Assembly (NCBI GenBank): GCA_002633005.1
Contig: NMRA01000115.1
Location: 135,996 to 199,995 of the forward strand
Reading direction: 5' to 3'
Source of the DNA: Phoronis australis
Lineage: Eukaryota > Animalia > Phoronida
Length of the DNA: 64,000 nt
The translations under genes were made by a program, and so were the position numbers. The notes under the pieces were generated by a model, which searched no databases, was not told the origin of the DNA, and saw only the letters and a program-made list of their open reading frames with translations. This document shows, one piece after another, positions 12,101 through 24,100 of this stretch (within the stretch, counting starts at the first letter, position 1; every line of letters begins with the position of its first letter).

Positions 12101-13778
12101 TCATTTGAGTGGTGTGCAAACCAGAAGATAAGAAATGAGAGGTTATTTATTCAATGTTTCAGTATTGTTACGAGCATGGCTTCCCAAAGAGTGACATTCA
12201 AGAGTTCATCAGCCAGTGTACCCACGATCCTCGGGAAGACTCACACCTCTACAGGTCAGACGTACCTGGCTGCTGGCCCTGCTGTTGTAGGACTGTGTAA
12301 GTATTAGTCTGTTCTTTGCACACATCACTGTTCAAGGTGATGGATGCGTTGGTTGTTTCAAAACAATGTAACAAGATTTAAAGTGACAAGTAGCCCTCAT
12401 TCTGTGGTCTGTGGTGTTGAAATGTTACATGGATTGGATACAGGTGTATGTAACACCTTGGATATCATCCTTTCTTCTTGAGCATAAATTGAGTCGAATT
12501 TTTAAAGCGGCTGTAAACATTCTTCTGTCAAAAATAAATATTGATTTACTACTTACTACAGGTATTAGTCTTTACTGCCTTGTTCCTAGTTCTAATGAGA
12601 TGTAATTTTTGATCATGTGAAGAACTGACAGTGTATTATTCCTCAAGACCATGCATGGCGAATGACACACCGTCAAGTCAACTTGTAGAGTGTGGTACAT
12701 GCATGGCGAATGACACACCGTGAAGTCAACTTGTAGACTGTGGTATTGATCAATTATGAACTTCAGTGTATTAGTTTTTTCCAATCATAGAAATCATTCA
12801 CTTCGACTACGACACAATTAGAGACCAATTTATGACATGGTCTAAATCAAAAACTTTTTGATAGAGGTGGGTTTATAGCCACTTAATGTGAAATTCAATA
12901 CCACAGCAATGAGCTGTCTGTTAAAAGCTATGTAGAATATGAGCTGGATATTGATGGGACACTTTGAAACAGCCAATGGATGCTTTGTTAATGGTGGTAT
13001 TACAGTAACTGTAATAGTGCTCATATTGTGTTAGCATTGTGCATTTGGTGGAAGAAATAGGCTGCTCAAATTAGGTGAGCTACCGTGAATTGACAGCCTC
13101 ATCGGACATGGGTTCACACAGCCTAACGCTGCAGAAGTTGGAAACTCACGGGTATTTAGTTAGCTCCTTCATTGGAGAACCAATCAGCATGTCTCAAAGA
13201 AAACTATCATCCTCTTTGATGACTCTCACAAGCAGTCTTGCCAACAGCATCCTCTCATTAACAATAATTCCCTGACCAGTAGTTTTCTCCATTCTTCTAC
13301 CTTTTTATGCTGTTCTTACAAACTGTTTTTTCATTGCACACATTTCTTTTGCCACCGACACTGAAAGTACGACTTACAAAGTCTCTACACCATGTAGCAC
13401 GTGATTGGTACATGTCAAATCATGCACTGCAGCTGGGAACAAATACTGTTGGTGAGAATATTATGTTAGCAAGAACCAAATAACAGCACATGAGAAAAGA
13501 GCTTACTACACTTCCTGACAAGAGTGAATTTATGAGAAAATGGCAGTTTAAACGAGAAGGGATTCAATTTGCAGGGAGTTTCGGCATTTCATAAGGATGC
13601 AACACTGTTTGGTCAGCGTTTGCCATTCAACTGTGCTTTGGATTTAGTTAAACATGTGTCTGAATTGCTGACAATTCACGGTTTTTAATTCCTAAAATTA
13701 TTGTACTAGACTTTCTGTTACATCTTTTTCAGGATGGACGAAACAGAATATTCCGAGTATCGCAGTCTAGTAACATGA
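15..13778 (+). CDS. MCOLN: Mucolipin / TRPML cation channel, 5'-partial, multi-exon (MCOLN family; paralog not assignable)
   Basis: Phase-consistent GT-AG exons: 15-168, 929-1025, 2415-2508, 2864-2966, 3800-3918, 5471-5620, 6030-6131, 7355-7477, 9657-9866, 12163-12296, 13733-13778. The translation has mucolipin hallmarks: [63 protein letters not shown], pore [38 protein letters not shown], and a Cys-rich tail CWPCCC. The N-terminal exons lie upstream of the window. Confidence 0.96.
929..1025 (+). CDS. MCOLN: Mucolipin exon (luminal domain)
   Basis: ttgcag|AT TGT...GAT GG|gtatgt; DCFDIRTVTNSSGEFYDIEKFLQETNRTINFD. Confidence 0.85.
2415..2508 (+). CDS. MCOLN: Mucolipin exon (luminal domain)
   Basis: tttcag|G CTC...ACT|gtgcgt; [31 protein letters not shown]. 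Confidence 0.9.
2864..2966 (+). CDS. MCOLN: Mucolipin exon (luminal domain)
   Basis: tttcag|ATT...GAA A|gttagt; ILFDNSGLNGQVLISLLNRVYILECSKNSTLIHE. Confidence 0.88.
3800..3918 (+). CDS. MCOLN: Mucolipin exon (TM S2)
   Basis: tttcag|GT...CGA|gtaaac; AFDVFVIVCSAVSTLLCLRSLWKAQSLKR. Confidence 0.92.
4486..4595. mobile_element. 110-bp fold-back MITE with 9-bp TSD (Mutator-like)
   Basis: Near-perfect arms of about 43 bp (ggcaatagtctgatataacgtgccc...gagaaccagtt / aactggttctc...gggcacgttctatcagaccattacc) flanked by the direct repeat CAAATTTGC at 4477-4485 and 4596-4604. Confidence 0.75.
5471..5620 (+). CDS. MCOLN: Mucolipin exon (TM S3)
   Basis: tttcag|GAA...AGG|gtaggt; [50 protein letters not shown]. 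Confidence 0.94.
6030..6131 (+). CDS. MCOLN: Mucolipin exon (TM S4)
   Basis: tttcag|CAC...AAC|gtaagt; [34 protein letters not shown]. Confidence 0.95.
6582..6864. repeat. 25-bp minisatellite, about 11 copies
   Basis: Unit caagttgata(c)acattgcacagcaa in a mucolipin intron; explains the overlapping repetitive Cys-rich ORFs at 6366-6871. Confidence 0.95.
7355..7477 (+). CDS. MCOLN: Mucolipin exon (TM S5)
   Basis: caacag|GTA...AAG|gtaaac; [41 protein letters not shown]. Confidence 0.95.
9657..9866 (+). CDS. MCOLN: Mucolipin exon (pore helix, NGDD filter, TM S6)
   Basis: ttgtag|TTT...AAG|gtaggt; [24 protein letters not shown]...[25 protein letters not shown]. Confidence 0.96.
10588..10830 (+). 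repeat. Interspersed repeat family copy (others near 23495-23632 and 31513-31742)
   Basis: Shared blocks: cctcatagtg(g/a)cttagaattttgc, gtgaaagcagt..tttgt.aaccct, ttatggtcc...aagataa.tgttttatta.cccctgt...tgaata. Confidence 0.7.
12163..12296 (+). CDS. MCOLN: Mucolipin exon (cytosolic C-tail with Cys cluster)
   Basis: tttcag|TAT...ACT GT|gtaagt; YCYEHGFPKSDIQEFISQCTHDPREDSHLYRSDVPGCWPCCCRT. Confidence 0.9.
12650..12745. repeat. 48-bp direct repeat, 2 copies
   Basis: catgcatggcgaatgacacaccgt(c/g)aagtcaacttgtaga(g/c)tgtggta occurs twice. Confidence 0.9.
13733..13778 (+). CDS. MCOLN: Mucolipin probable terminal coding exon
   Basis: tttttcag|G ATG GAC...ACA TGA; phase 2 matches the previous exon; MDETEYSEYRSLVT*; AATAAA signals downstream near 14338, 14768 and 14808. 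Confidence 0.7.
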
Positions 13779-15755
13779 CACTTTTGCCGCGGGTAGTGTA
13801 CATCAGCTGGTTTGTTACCCTCGGCTATGTCATTGGGATATTAATATTCACATGCTTGTGATCTGGTCATTCTAGAATTTAATTATTGAACTTGTCATTA
13901 GAAATTAGACTTTACCCCTATAATTTTTATTCAATGGATGTCAGTATGATTTCATTGTCAATATATTTAGTCAAAGAGAACATATTTTTTGATATTATTG
14001 GACCTGTTATTGATTATGTTAGATGCAGTTCATGAAAACCACTCATCTGTTACTGCCTTGCGTGGTTTTGGCTGTAAGTTTTTGTATGTTTATTTAATTG
14101 TAACAATCTACTCTTTGCCTATTAAATGTAAGGCCAAAAATTGCTTAGTTCTGGGTAGCCTTCAGTAACGCTAGGACCTCACTAAATAGCAAGACTTTAA
14201 TAGCTGATTACACGAGATATTGCTATGTGTATTTTGAATGAGAATACGATTTTGGCTAGGTTTTGTAGCTGTGAGACACTGAGTTACTGAACTCTACCAG
14301 CTGGTCTTTACCCAAACTCATTTTGAGACCTGTGTTCAATAAAGAAAAAAAACATTCGCATCAAATTCAGCCAAGGTGTCTTTTTTGAAAAGCCAAATTA
14401 AGACACATAAGCAAAGTTTGAAACAACATGAATTGCCACGTGTTGAGTAAAAAAATCCCACATCACGTTTGCTCATCTCGGGGGATTTTTTTTTTGAAAT
14501 GAGAACTACAGAGAATATTATATCACCAACTTGATTTTCAAAAACAGAGACCGGAACTACCTGTGCTTTTTTGGGCCTAAGAGGTCATTTTCTGAAGTGA
14601 ATGGTCAAGAATACTGGTCTTATAACTGACGCAAAGCGTTTTTTCCCTATAGTACACCATCTAGTGGCTATTGCTCTTGATAGCACTGCAACGGCTTCTT
14701 GCCAGTAACAGTATTTTTGTCAGAAAATGTGTACAAGATGCTGTAAAATAATACAAGATATTTAATCAATAAAAGTTTATTCTTTTGAGAACTTCTGTTA
14801 TGTTTACAATAAAAACAGCTTTTGGTAGGTATTATTTATTATAAACTAAGTTTAAAGGAATTTTTAGACTACATCATGGAAACACAGACAGTTCTCAATT
14901 GCCTTTGATATTTTGGTTACAATGTTGTAAAGCATTTACTAGACGAAACTAAGTCACATAACGGAGTTTCAGTGCAAGACCCTCTGTGGCCTCAAGTGTA
15001 GCAATGCATATGGATACTAAACCTCACTTTGATGATTCTAACCAATCCTTGTTCTGTCATCTACAAATGCACCATTGGCAGCAAAAAGTGATACATGTAA
15101 GTGATAGAAGCAGGGTTAAACTAAAAACTCAAAATCTGTGTCACAGATAGGATACTGCAATTCTTGGTGGGTGTTCTTTCCCTACAGTTTTCCTGTAACT
15201 AGCCTAAACCGTAGGTCACGCTTGTCCATTTAGCAGACTTTGTAAAGAATTTTCAAAATCTATTTGTAAAATTTGAGGGTTGTCAAGAATTACAGAGCAT
15301 TATTTTGTTTCAGAGAATTCTATCTGAGAAATGTAAATTTTAAAATCTTTTAATAGGCCAAAACAGGGTTTGGTACCCATTTAAACAAATGGGAGCTATG
15401 TCAGTCACCCTCCTACTTGATCACGATCAGCTACCATCTCCAACACCCTTGCTGGAATTATTGCAGTTTTCTGAGTGAAAATCAGACGAGTTCTTCTCAT
15501 AAGACGGGTCACAGTAATAAAAAAGGGAAAAAGGTCGAGTCTTCAAGCACAAGCTTCCTAACAGTTGCTAGTCCCGAAACATGAAACTAAAGTCAAACCT
15601 CAAACAATGTGCACGAAGGCACAATTGAAATTTGCACCAAGGTAGACTTAGATACATTGGGTAAAACTGAGAATTAGTAAGTTTGTATGTTGCATCGTTA
15701 ATAATGAACTGAGCAAGGTACGTTTTAATGAGGTTGCATGGCTGTACCAGAGAAG

Positions 15756-15812
15756 ACAGTGTGGCTCAGTGGTTTGAGCCACGGGCTCTGGATTCAAATT
15801 CTGGCTTTACTG
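15756..15812 (+). mobile_element. Possible tRNA-derived SINE head (degenerate)
   Basis: A-box-like TGGCTCAGTGG followed by B-box-like GGATTCAAATTC; no intact cloverleaf. Confidence 0.3.
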
Positions 15813-17895
15813 GCACACAATCGAGCATAACACAAAATTTGTGTCTCCTACTCCTCCAAGCTCGGTCTCACTAGTGAGTGTATGCAAGAGAGTGAATGAG
15901 AATCAGAATATAATGCGAAAGCAATTTCTGGGGCAGTGCCCACTTATTGTATTCAGAATAGGGATGTGATCCACAGATGAGAGAAACTTGCAAATATGCA
16001 AGGTGCGTTACATCTGCAGCATATGATCACACAAGCATTACCCACACAATTCTCACATCTACGGAATGCAGCTCTAAAGATTATGATATAATGTAAAAGA
16101 AATAGCTGTTAACTAGTAAATGAAATGACAAAGCTGGCGTCTCAAACATAAACCCTAAATGCCCGGCGAGGCTACAAAATCCAAAGCTGCATCATGTAGC
16201 ACACATAAGGCCTAAATGTTATTTTCTATTCTCACCTAATCAACTTCATCTCCGTCTAAATTTCAACATTATGAACACAACGCATTAACAAAATCCTAAA
16301 CACAAACACAACATACATCAGTTAAGTCACATGAACAGCTTTCTATTCCTTAGTCTTTGTAGGTGATGGGTGGGTTACAGTTATCCTTGTTGGATTGGCA
16401 TTGTGGGCCTGCTGTTCTTTAACATGCCTGGAAAATAAGTGGCAATGAACACCTGTGCAGATAGGAACGGATGAAGAGAACAAGTGAGAACAGTACCGTA
16501 CAATATTGATATGCACCTTAAGCGTGTGCATTGCAAATGACAAGGATACAAGGTGAAATCATTTTCTGAAGCAATTCTACTCACTAGAGCGAGCAACACT
16601 AGTTAGGGCTCAGAGTTTGCCATCCGAAAATTGGCAACTGCAGAGACTGCTGAAAGAAAATTCCACTAGGGGGCAATAAAGCAGAAAAATTCATCCAAGA
16701 ATCAATGCCAGTCATGTTTATTAATAATAAACAAACAAAGTGTCAAGATTCTTTCATGGGTTTGGAAGATGGCGAAATGGAAACCCATAGTCCATGCACA
16801 GTCTAGTTTTTGAAATAAAGTTCTCTATACAGATTTAACAGCTTTCTGCCAAAATTCTAACCAGAATCATTTGGTAATTTAATCGCACTTTTGATGTACA
16901 GTAATGAGATAGCATTTTTGAAGATTTTTAGTCAGAGTTTAATGCCAGATTCTTGTTCTTAATGCTTGTATGAAAGAAAACCTGTTGAGACATTGTTGAG
17001 ATTGAGTCACAATTGAAAGGGTTGTAGTCAAATTGAAATGATTAATGTTTAATCATGGCTTCATGCGTAGAAACTTTAAACACCTTCATTTTTGTCCAGT
17101 TTATTTTGAAAAATATGACACAATGCTACAGTTGCAGAGTAAATAAATATTAACATATTAAGTATTAATCAACATTTTATGCAATGTGTCAGTGCACAGG
17201 CACTAATAGTCAATTTCAAATCATCTTTCCTTCAAGATTCAAGACTTTCCATAAATCAAAATAAGACGGCTACAGCTGACCATTGGGAGATTTCAACAAC
17301 TGTGTAGCTGTAGTGTTTCAAATTCGAAAAATGCACTGTGTCATGGTTGTTTGGGCCTAAACATCCGGCGACATTACAGACAACTTGGAAATGAGTAAAC
17401 AAGATGACAGAAAACAACTGTCTTGATTCAGGTGATTAGTGCAATTGACCCAACGGTATGGCCTAAGCACTCTTGGTGCACCAGGCCCCCTCCCTATTTT
17501 TTAAAGTACAGCATGGTTTTTGGCACAAGTACAACTAAGCAACCATAATAGAAAAATAATAAAAGAGATTGAAAGAGAGAGCGTCAAAATATATAACATA
17601 GAGTACCAAATCTTTTCCTGAAAGATTAAAGGCTTGAGGAATATTTAAAAAATTACACTACACCCCCCCCCCCCCACTTATCTGTGACGCCAATGGATAT
17701 TATAAGCTGTCAAATCAATTCCCAATTCCGTTTTGTTGACTTTTGTCCAAATTTCAAAACTATGTACAGACCAGGAACTTTCAGAGGCCTTTAAATTCGT
17801 AAAAAACAGACATTCCATGAAACATAATGACCAAACCATGTACTTCTGACAACAGCGATGTTTTTATCAGCATTAAGTTGAACACGTATCGTCTC

Positions 17896-18112
17896 TCACT
17901 TTTCAGCAGCATTCAGTACGATGGCCTTCCTCCTATACGACTGTTCCATTGCATGTGCTCGTCGGTGCTGATTCAGATTGAGTAAATAGATGATATAGAA
18001 TATAACCAGCATTGCGGAAGTGGCGATACCAAAAACGTTTAGGGTGGGGATGTCTGACTGGGGCGTGGCGCCGTAGATCTCCACTGCAAAGGTTGTCCTC
18101 AGATCACAGTAG
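17896..18112 (-). CDS. CATSPERD: CatSper delta-like last exon (TM helix and basic tail)
   Basis: ttccag|C TAC TGT...AAG TGA; YCDLRTTFAVEIYGATPQSDIPTLNVFGIATSAMLVIFYIIYLLNLNQHRR...AAEK*. Confidence 0.88.
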
Positions 18113-21100
18113 CTGGAACATAGTACAATGGAACTGTGGAATCCCTGTTACATGAATCAACCTAGACTTCCATGTATCAACGTCAATGCTTGAACCAGAA
18201 TTATTGAATTGAATAACACCAACCATTAAGCTAAATTTAAAGACCTGATACCCAATTCTACTCTGCTTTCCTTGGTTAAAATCATTGTAAACTAAATGTT
18301 AACTCAAAAGGGTAATGCTAAATTCATTCTCTTTTGACAGTTTCACCACATCATTTTTCCAAATATAAAATTTAACAGTTCTGACATTTTTCAGTTTGTG
18401 GTGGTACACCTGTCCATCAAACATTTGCCAAAGATGAATGGCAAAATTGAATTGTAACATTTTGTAACGATTAGTACCGCTCAGCTGATGAAAATATTGA
18501 ATTTCAGAATCAGAAACTATTACTTAAAACCACCTTTTACAGCAGTTAGCATAATACTCTCAGTTGATACAACACATTGTACATGCCTGGGTTTAAAAAT
18601 ACCTAAACACTTTTTTACATTTATTAGCAAAGAGCGCATTTACAATAACACAAAAAGACAAGAAACCCTCTTGTATAAACCATGTTAGGACTGTCAGCAA
18701 CAACATTCTTCACAAAGCAACGTTAGCCGACTTTTTTGTTTACCATTGCCTGAGGTGAATTGGATGTATACTCCTTTTTAAGTCTAGAAATGAATCCTAA
18801 TGTAAGAAAAAATTACTCCTATATTATAATGCCAAGTGGTCACAAATAAAAGGCATGTGGTTTTTGCACCTTTAAACAAAAACACAAACACACCATCATG
18901 CAAACAAAGAGCAGGATACAGGAAAAAAAGAAATTTTGCCACAGACATCAAGATGCCCAGACATTTAGAATTATGGCTATAAGGTAACTGCAAATGACTG
19001 AATCACTGCGGGCTCCCCCATCCCACACTCCAAATGTGTGGTTCTTGCCTAGTTGCTGCCCATTGACCAAATAATGTAAATTTCAGTTACACAAGACAAT
19101 TCACTTTAATTTTTTCTTTGAGTAGCTGTCCCTTGGACAGATGAAACAATTGCGAAAAATACCTTATATCACGAGTCAAAGCAATGACTTCAAAGACATA
19201 GATGTAGTTCTGTTCATCCCACTTGATTCCATTGTTGAGATTACTGTTCAATATCTCGTATGTTTCTGATGCTTGAGTAGGATACAGGTGAGTGTCTACA
19301 ACACTGGTATCATGGCACGATCGGTAGTTCTGTCACCAGTAAGCAACATTAAAACAAGTGTGTGATACATTTGAAACTCCCAAGAACAAGTGACAACACC
19401 TAAGTGCTAAATTGCCATTAATTAGTGCAGCTCATTGTAACACTGAGTTTGTTCTGGGGTATGTGAGATGAAAAGTGACTGACAAGACTTGAGATGGAAA
19501 CTTGGTCTAAAACTGACCCACTTCACAATTACTGAATAAATAATGAGCCATGTTCTTACTAGAACATCACAAGTGAACCTAGAAATTATTTCTACAGAAA
19601 GAGTCAGTAACTATGAGTTATGTGTATCTTCTTGGAGCATTTGTATTTTTGCTGAAGACAGAGAGATTTGATTATTTTTCAGATAAGTGTGTGGAGAAAG
19701 GACACAGTTTGTGAAAGTCCCCAGTCATGAAACAGACTCGAGGCCTAAGCTGGAAATTCGGTCTTACACTACCCACAACCTTACTATTTTTGAAAAACAA
19801 TTAAATCTCGATCACTAGTGCAAACATGCAAAGCCTCTGAGAATATACATAGAACTACTACTAACTGTAGGTATCAGATACGTTAGACACTTTTATTTCA
19901 AGACTACGGTGATGCTACTTTGCTAAAGATTTATTCAGCAATTGTGAAGCGGGAGCGTAACGTGAAACAGACCACAGATGTCACCAGTTGTGCATGTTTT
20001 GATACAATTCATTTCTCTGCTACTGACATTCTGAATGGCTACACTGTGCACATTGAAGATATGAATAGCCCAAATCACAAATAAATCAAAAACATATGCT
20101 TTTCCGTTTGGGACAGGAGAACAGGCATGGTAACTTAAGAGATGATACTGCCTCATTCCGGCCTTGGCTATTTAAAACACATAAGGGGTAATAATTAAAA
20201 GCAATTATTGTCTCACCCAGGACCTAAAACCCTTTGTTAAGCTTATTTACTTACACAAGCCAACTAGGCTTATCGTGTGTGAACGACACCAAATTTACAA
20301 TTATCAGCAAAATTCTAAGCCACTCTGCGGGACTACGTTACCCACTCCGACCCCAAAATGCTGCATGCAACGAAGGGTTAAAACACCCACTGTCTTCCTT
20401 TTTGGTGACTACCTAGTTACCCATGATGAAGCTGAGTTTCTGTAAATAACTACACTTTTAACAAGTTACACTTACCCTCGGCAAGAAACACAGGATTCAT
20501 TTGATAACATTAAGACAGTGTTTAAGCTGAATCTCATCTCCCATCAGTCAAGAAAAACACCATTGGTCCATTAACAGAGGACAGAATGGGGATGGCTAAA
20601 ACCACTTGGGTTTAGTAATCCACATTCTTTTGATTTCCTTATGCTTCGACCCAAACTGCATAACAGAATAAACCTGGCACACAATATTAGCCTGATAATG
20701 AAATAACAGAGTGAGTAACCTCATTTATGAGTAAAGAAGCTTAGGGTTAATTGATATTTAAGGTTATGCAGGACCTCATGGACAAGAAAATAAACAATTC
20801 ATGTTTATTGACTAGTCAAAATATATCGATTCCCTGAAAATGTTAATAAGTAGAAAGCCTAGAAAATTTGCTTTTTGACATTCATAGTTTTACATGCAAT
20901 GTGACAATAACTGAATCATGGGCTGCAGTAATTTTGGGCTTGAAGGCTCTTGTGAGATATTTCTAAACAAGTCATACACTTACCTGTCTAGTCCAAGCTG
21001 TAGAGGAGTTAGATTTGTTCTGTCTACCCAACATAAATTGCCATGTCTGAGCAGGCTGCTGGCAGCCAGCTTCCTTCTGAGTCATGGTAAACTTGTAAGT

Positions 21101-24100
21101 GTTGAGGCCGTGAATTTCGTGGATGACGTAATCAACATCTAGCTCCTTGATGAATGTGTTTCCGTCGTAGCTGGAAATGAAGACAAGCAGTGGTAATAAC
21201 TACTACAGTTCATCAATGACACACAATCAGTCAAATTCCATGACTTACCAATTACATGGTTCTAGCATCTGAACCAACACCACGGTATCCCCCAAGATGA
21301 AAAAACATCTACTGCATGTGTCCCTCAAGATGAACAAACACCACATTACCCCCAAGTTGAAGGGGGCTAATTTGAGGCTACAGACTCCCCAAGGTCAGGA
21401 GGTAATAGAGCTTCTGCCTGAATAACCGATTGCTGTACTTATGACCTTGACCTTACATGTCAATGACAGGGATATACTTGTCGATGTAATACGCCTTCAG
21501 TGGACAGCCAAAGCTGGCCCTGTCATAACTAACAACGATGTCCCCACTCGGTTCTTCGCCATTCTGCCTTCGATGTTTCCTATTAAAAGACGACGTAACA
21601 CTACATTAAAACACTGATAACATTCACTGCTCATTCCTGCATTGAGATTTAAAGCGGCCATATTTCACACATTCACGATATTATCATTTCAGTTAAGTTT
21701 GTCAGACAGTGCATGTACATGACAATTAAATAAATTTTAGTGCCACTCGAAATCAATATATCCATGCAGTGATTTGCTATTATGTTTCTTTTGAAAAAAA
21801 TGATGCTGGGATTTAACAAAATTGAAACGAAAGATTCTTTGAAGGACGTGTAAAATCCGCATCATCTCTCGAAATGACAAACTCAGGTACATGAATGATC
21901 CTGTGTAAATGTCTGCATGGCATGGCACCCAGGTATGGTCCGGTCCACAAAAGACATCAATGGTGATCCCGATATCCACAAAACAAGGGCTAATTTTAGC
22001 AAACATTCATTTTTACTACTCTGGTGCCACGCCATGGAACCAAGACAACTTGAAATTGATTTCTATCAGTCAAGATTGATTTCCATAAAGGTATGTTACT
22101 TTAAACCTAAGGACAACGTCTGTTACTCTCTCACTCTGTCGTTCCAGTCAGGATATCTTCATTGCATATTTATTATTTTTTTCTGATAACTCGTATTCAC
22201 AATATTTTGGTTATGATAAGAGGTCTAATTCATGAAAAATGACTTAAGACTTAGTAAACAATTAGGTCCTATGCTCCACGCAACTACTTCAATCTGAAAA
22301 ATAATTATAAAATCGTTATTCAGCAATAGTGGAAAATCTGAATATACGCATACGTAAACGCATATAATTTTTTCTGTTTTAAGATACTTTCATGAAATAT
22401 ACCACAGTGGCCAGTTGCAAGAAACAGACCCAAATAGGGACTGGACTAAGTCCCCTAAATCTTGTTTGTATTTGTTTCGTTCTTCAGGCACATATGTAAT
22501 ATATTTGTATAATTTTATCTATGTTGAGAGCTGTTCTTTGACTAATGGTATTTTCTAATCATATAACTACAAACTGAGCCCTTAATTCAGTCAAAATAAT
22601 CCTTAAATTGCGGGCGTTGCATGAAAAGATCCCCGCCTATTTTCAATAATATTGAGAATTCAATGTAGAGTTCACTCTCGATTTCTATCAAAACAAAACA
22701 TTGATTTAATAAATGATACTCAAACAGCATAAGATAACTAAAGACATGTTTTCACAAGCCAGCAAATAACGCATTAGATTTAGGGAACTTTAAATAGCTG
22801 AGTCCTTATTTATGACTGTTTCATGCAATCAGGCACTGGACCCTATGGGAAAACATATAATTATACTGCAGTTTTTATCCTGAATAAAGGATTTACAACT
22901 TCTTACTAGATTTCTTATCAATAAAAACTGATTTCTACTTCTTCCCTAAACAGTGACTTCTTGGTTATAGAGAAGAATCATGAGTTCTCCATTGCACAAA
23001 GGAGTATTCAGTGTATAATGTTATATGCCATGTCAAGCCGAGTTATTCAGCATGCTCTTGCGCAATAACAAACTGTCAATTCTTCACATGCAAACTAGAA
23101 ACCTCTTCTACGTGAGGAACACAATTTTTTTGTAGAAAGTTGTCTATTAGAATGACGGGAACTTTACAGCTTATACATGTAGCTAATGGAACAATTGTCA
23201 GGCACTGAACTCACCCAAGGATGGTATACTTGTAATCAAATCGTTCCTGGCAAATTACATCAGAGTTTGGTCTGTAATTCAATTCAAACAGTTTTGTAGT
23301 AAATAAACATAACATGCTTATGAGCACTAACGGCTTAAGAGGGTTCCACACAGTTTTAATCCATTCTAGGCTTATAGCCGGGGTGGGGGGGGGGGCAAAT
23401 AGTCCACAATTAGAAACTTTTTTGGTTGGTTGTAAATCAATTCGGTGTGGCACATAGAAGTTACTAAGGCCTTTTGAAATTGACATGCAAGTTCGGTGAA
23501 AGTAGTCTTTTGTGAATCCTGCCCTTTGTCATACAAGTCTGTCTCAATTGGCTCATGTTAGGTAAAACATTTTAAAAAAGAAGTTATGGTCCAGTCTAAG
23601 AAGATATCATTATCCCCTGTGGATTTTGAATATCTCAACTAGGAATTGCTTACAGTAGAACTTATTTAAATTTCCATTTGGTCAAAAATAAACACTTTTC
23701 AATTGTCATAAAACAGAAACAACATTCAAACATTCCGTTAATTTGTGGGTCTATGTCATAAAACGGACTGCTTGATGCCTTTATGACAAACTGTATCAAA
23801 CCCCTTAAAGCAAAATAAGTTATAGCCACATTTCGTCCGGTTAAGATGGCTAAAAATGAAAATCGAATTTGACCTTTTACTCACATCAAATCAGTCTCAG
23901 AATAGTCCTTACTGTGACAGGACAATATTTTGTAACCAACTTAAGCCAGACATTTTGCAATAAGGACTTGCTAAGCTATTAGTAAATAAACTTTGAAGAA
24001 TTTTTTAGAGTCGCTGGTGGTTTCAATGTTCCTCATGGTAACGGAAATGCATTACAAAAAAAACATCCAGTCTAGTTTCCACTCTAAACGACACCGGTTT

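Noticed and set aside
15756-15812. tRNA gene
   Set aside because: Only A- and B-box-like motifs with too-short spacing and no acceptor or anticodon stems; at most a SINE remnant.
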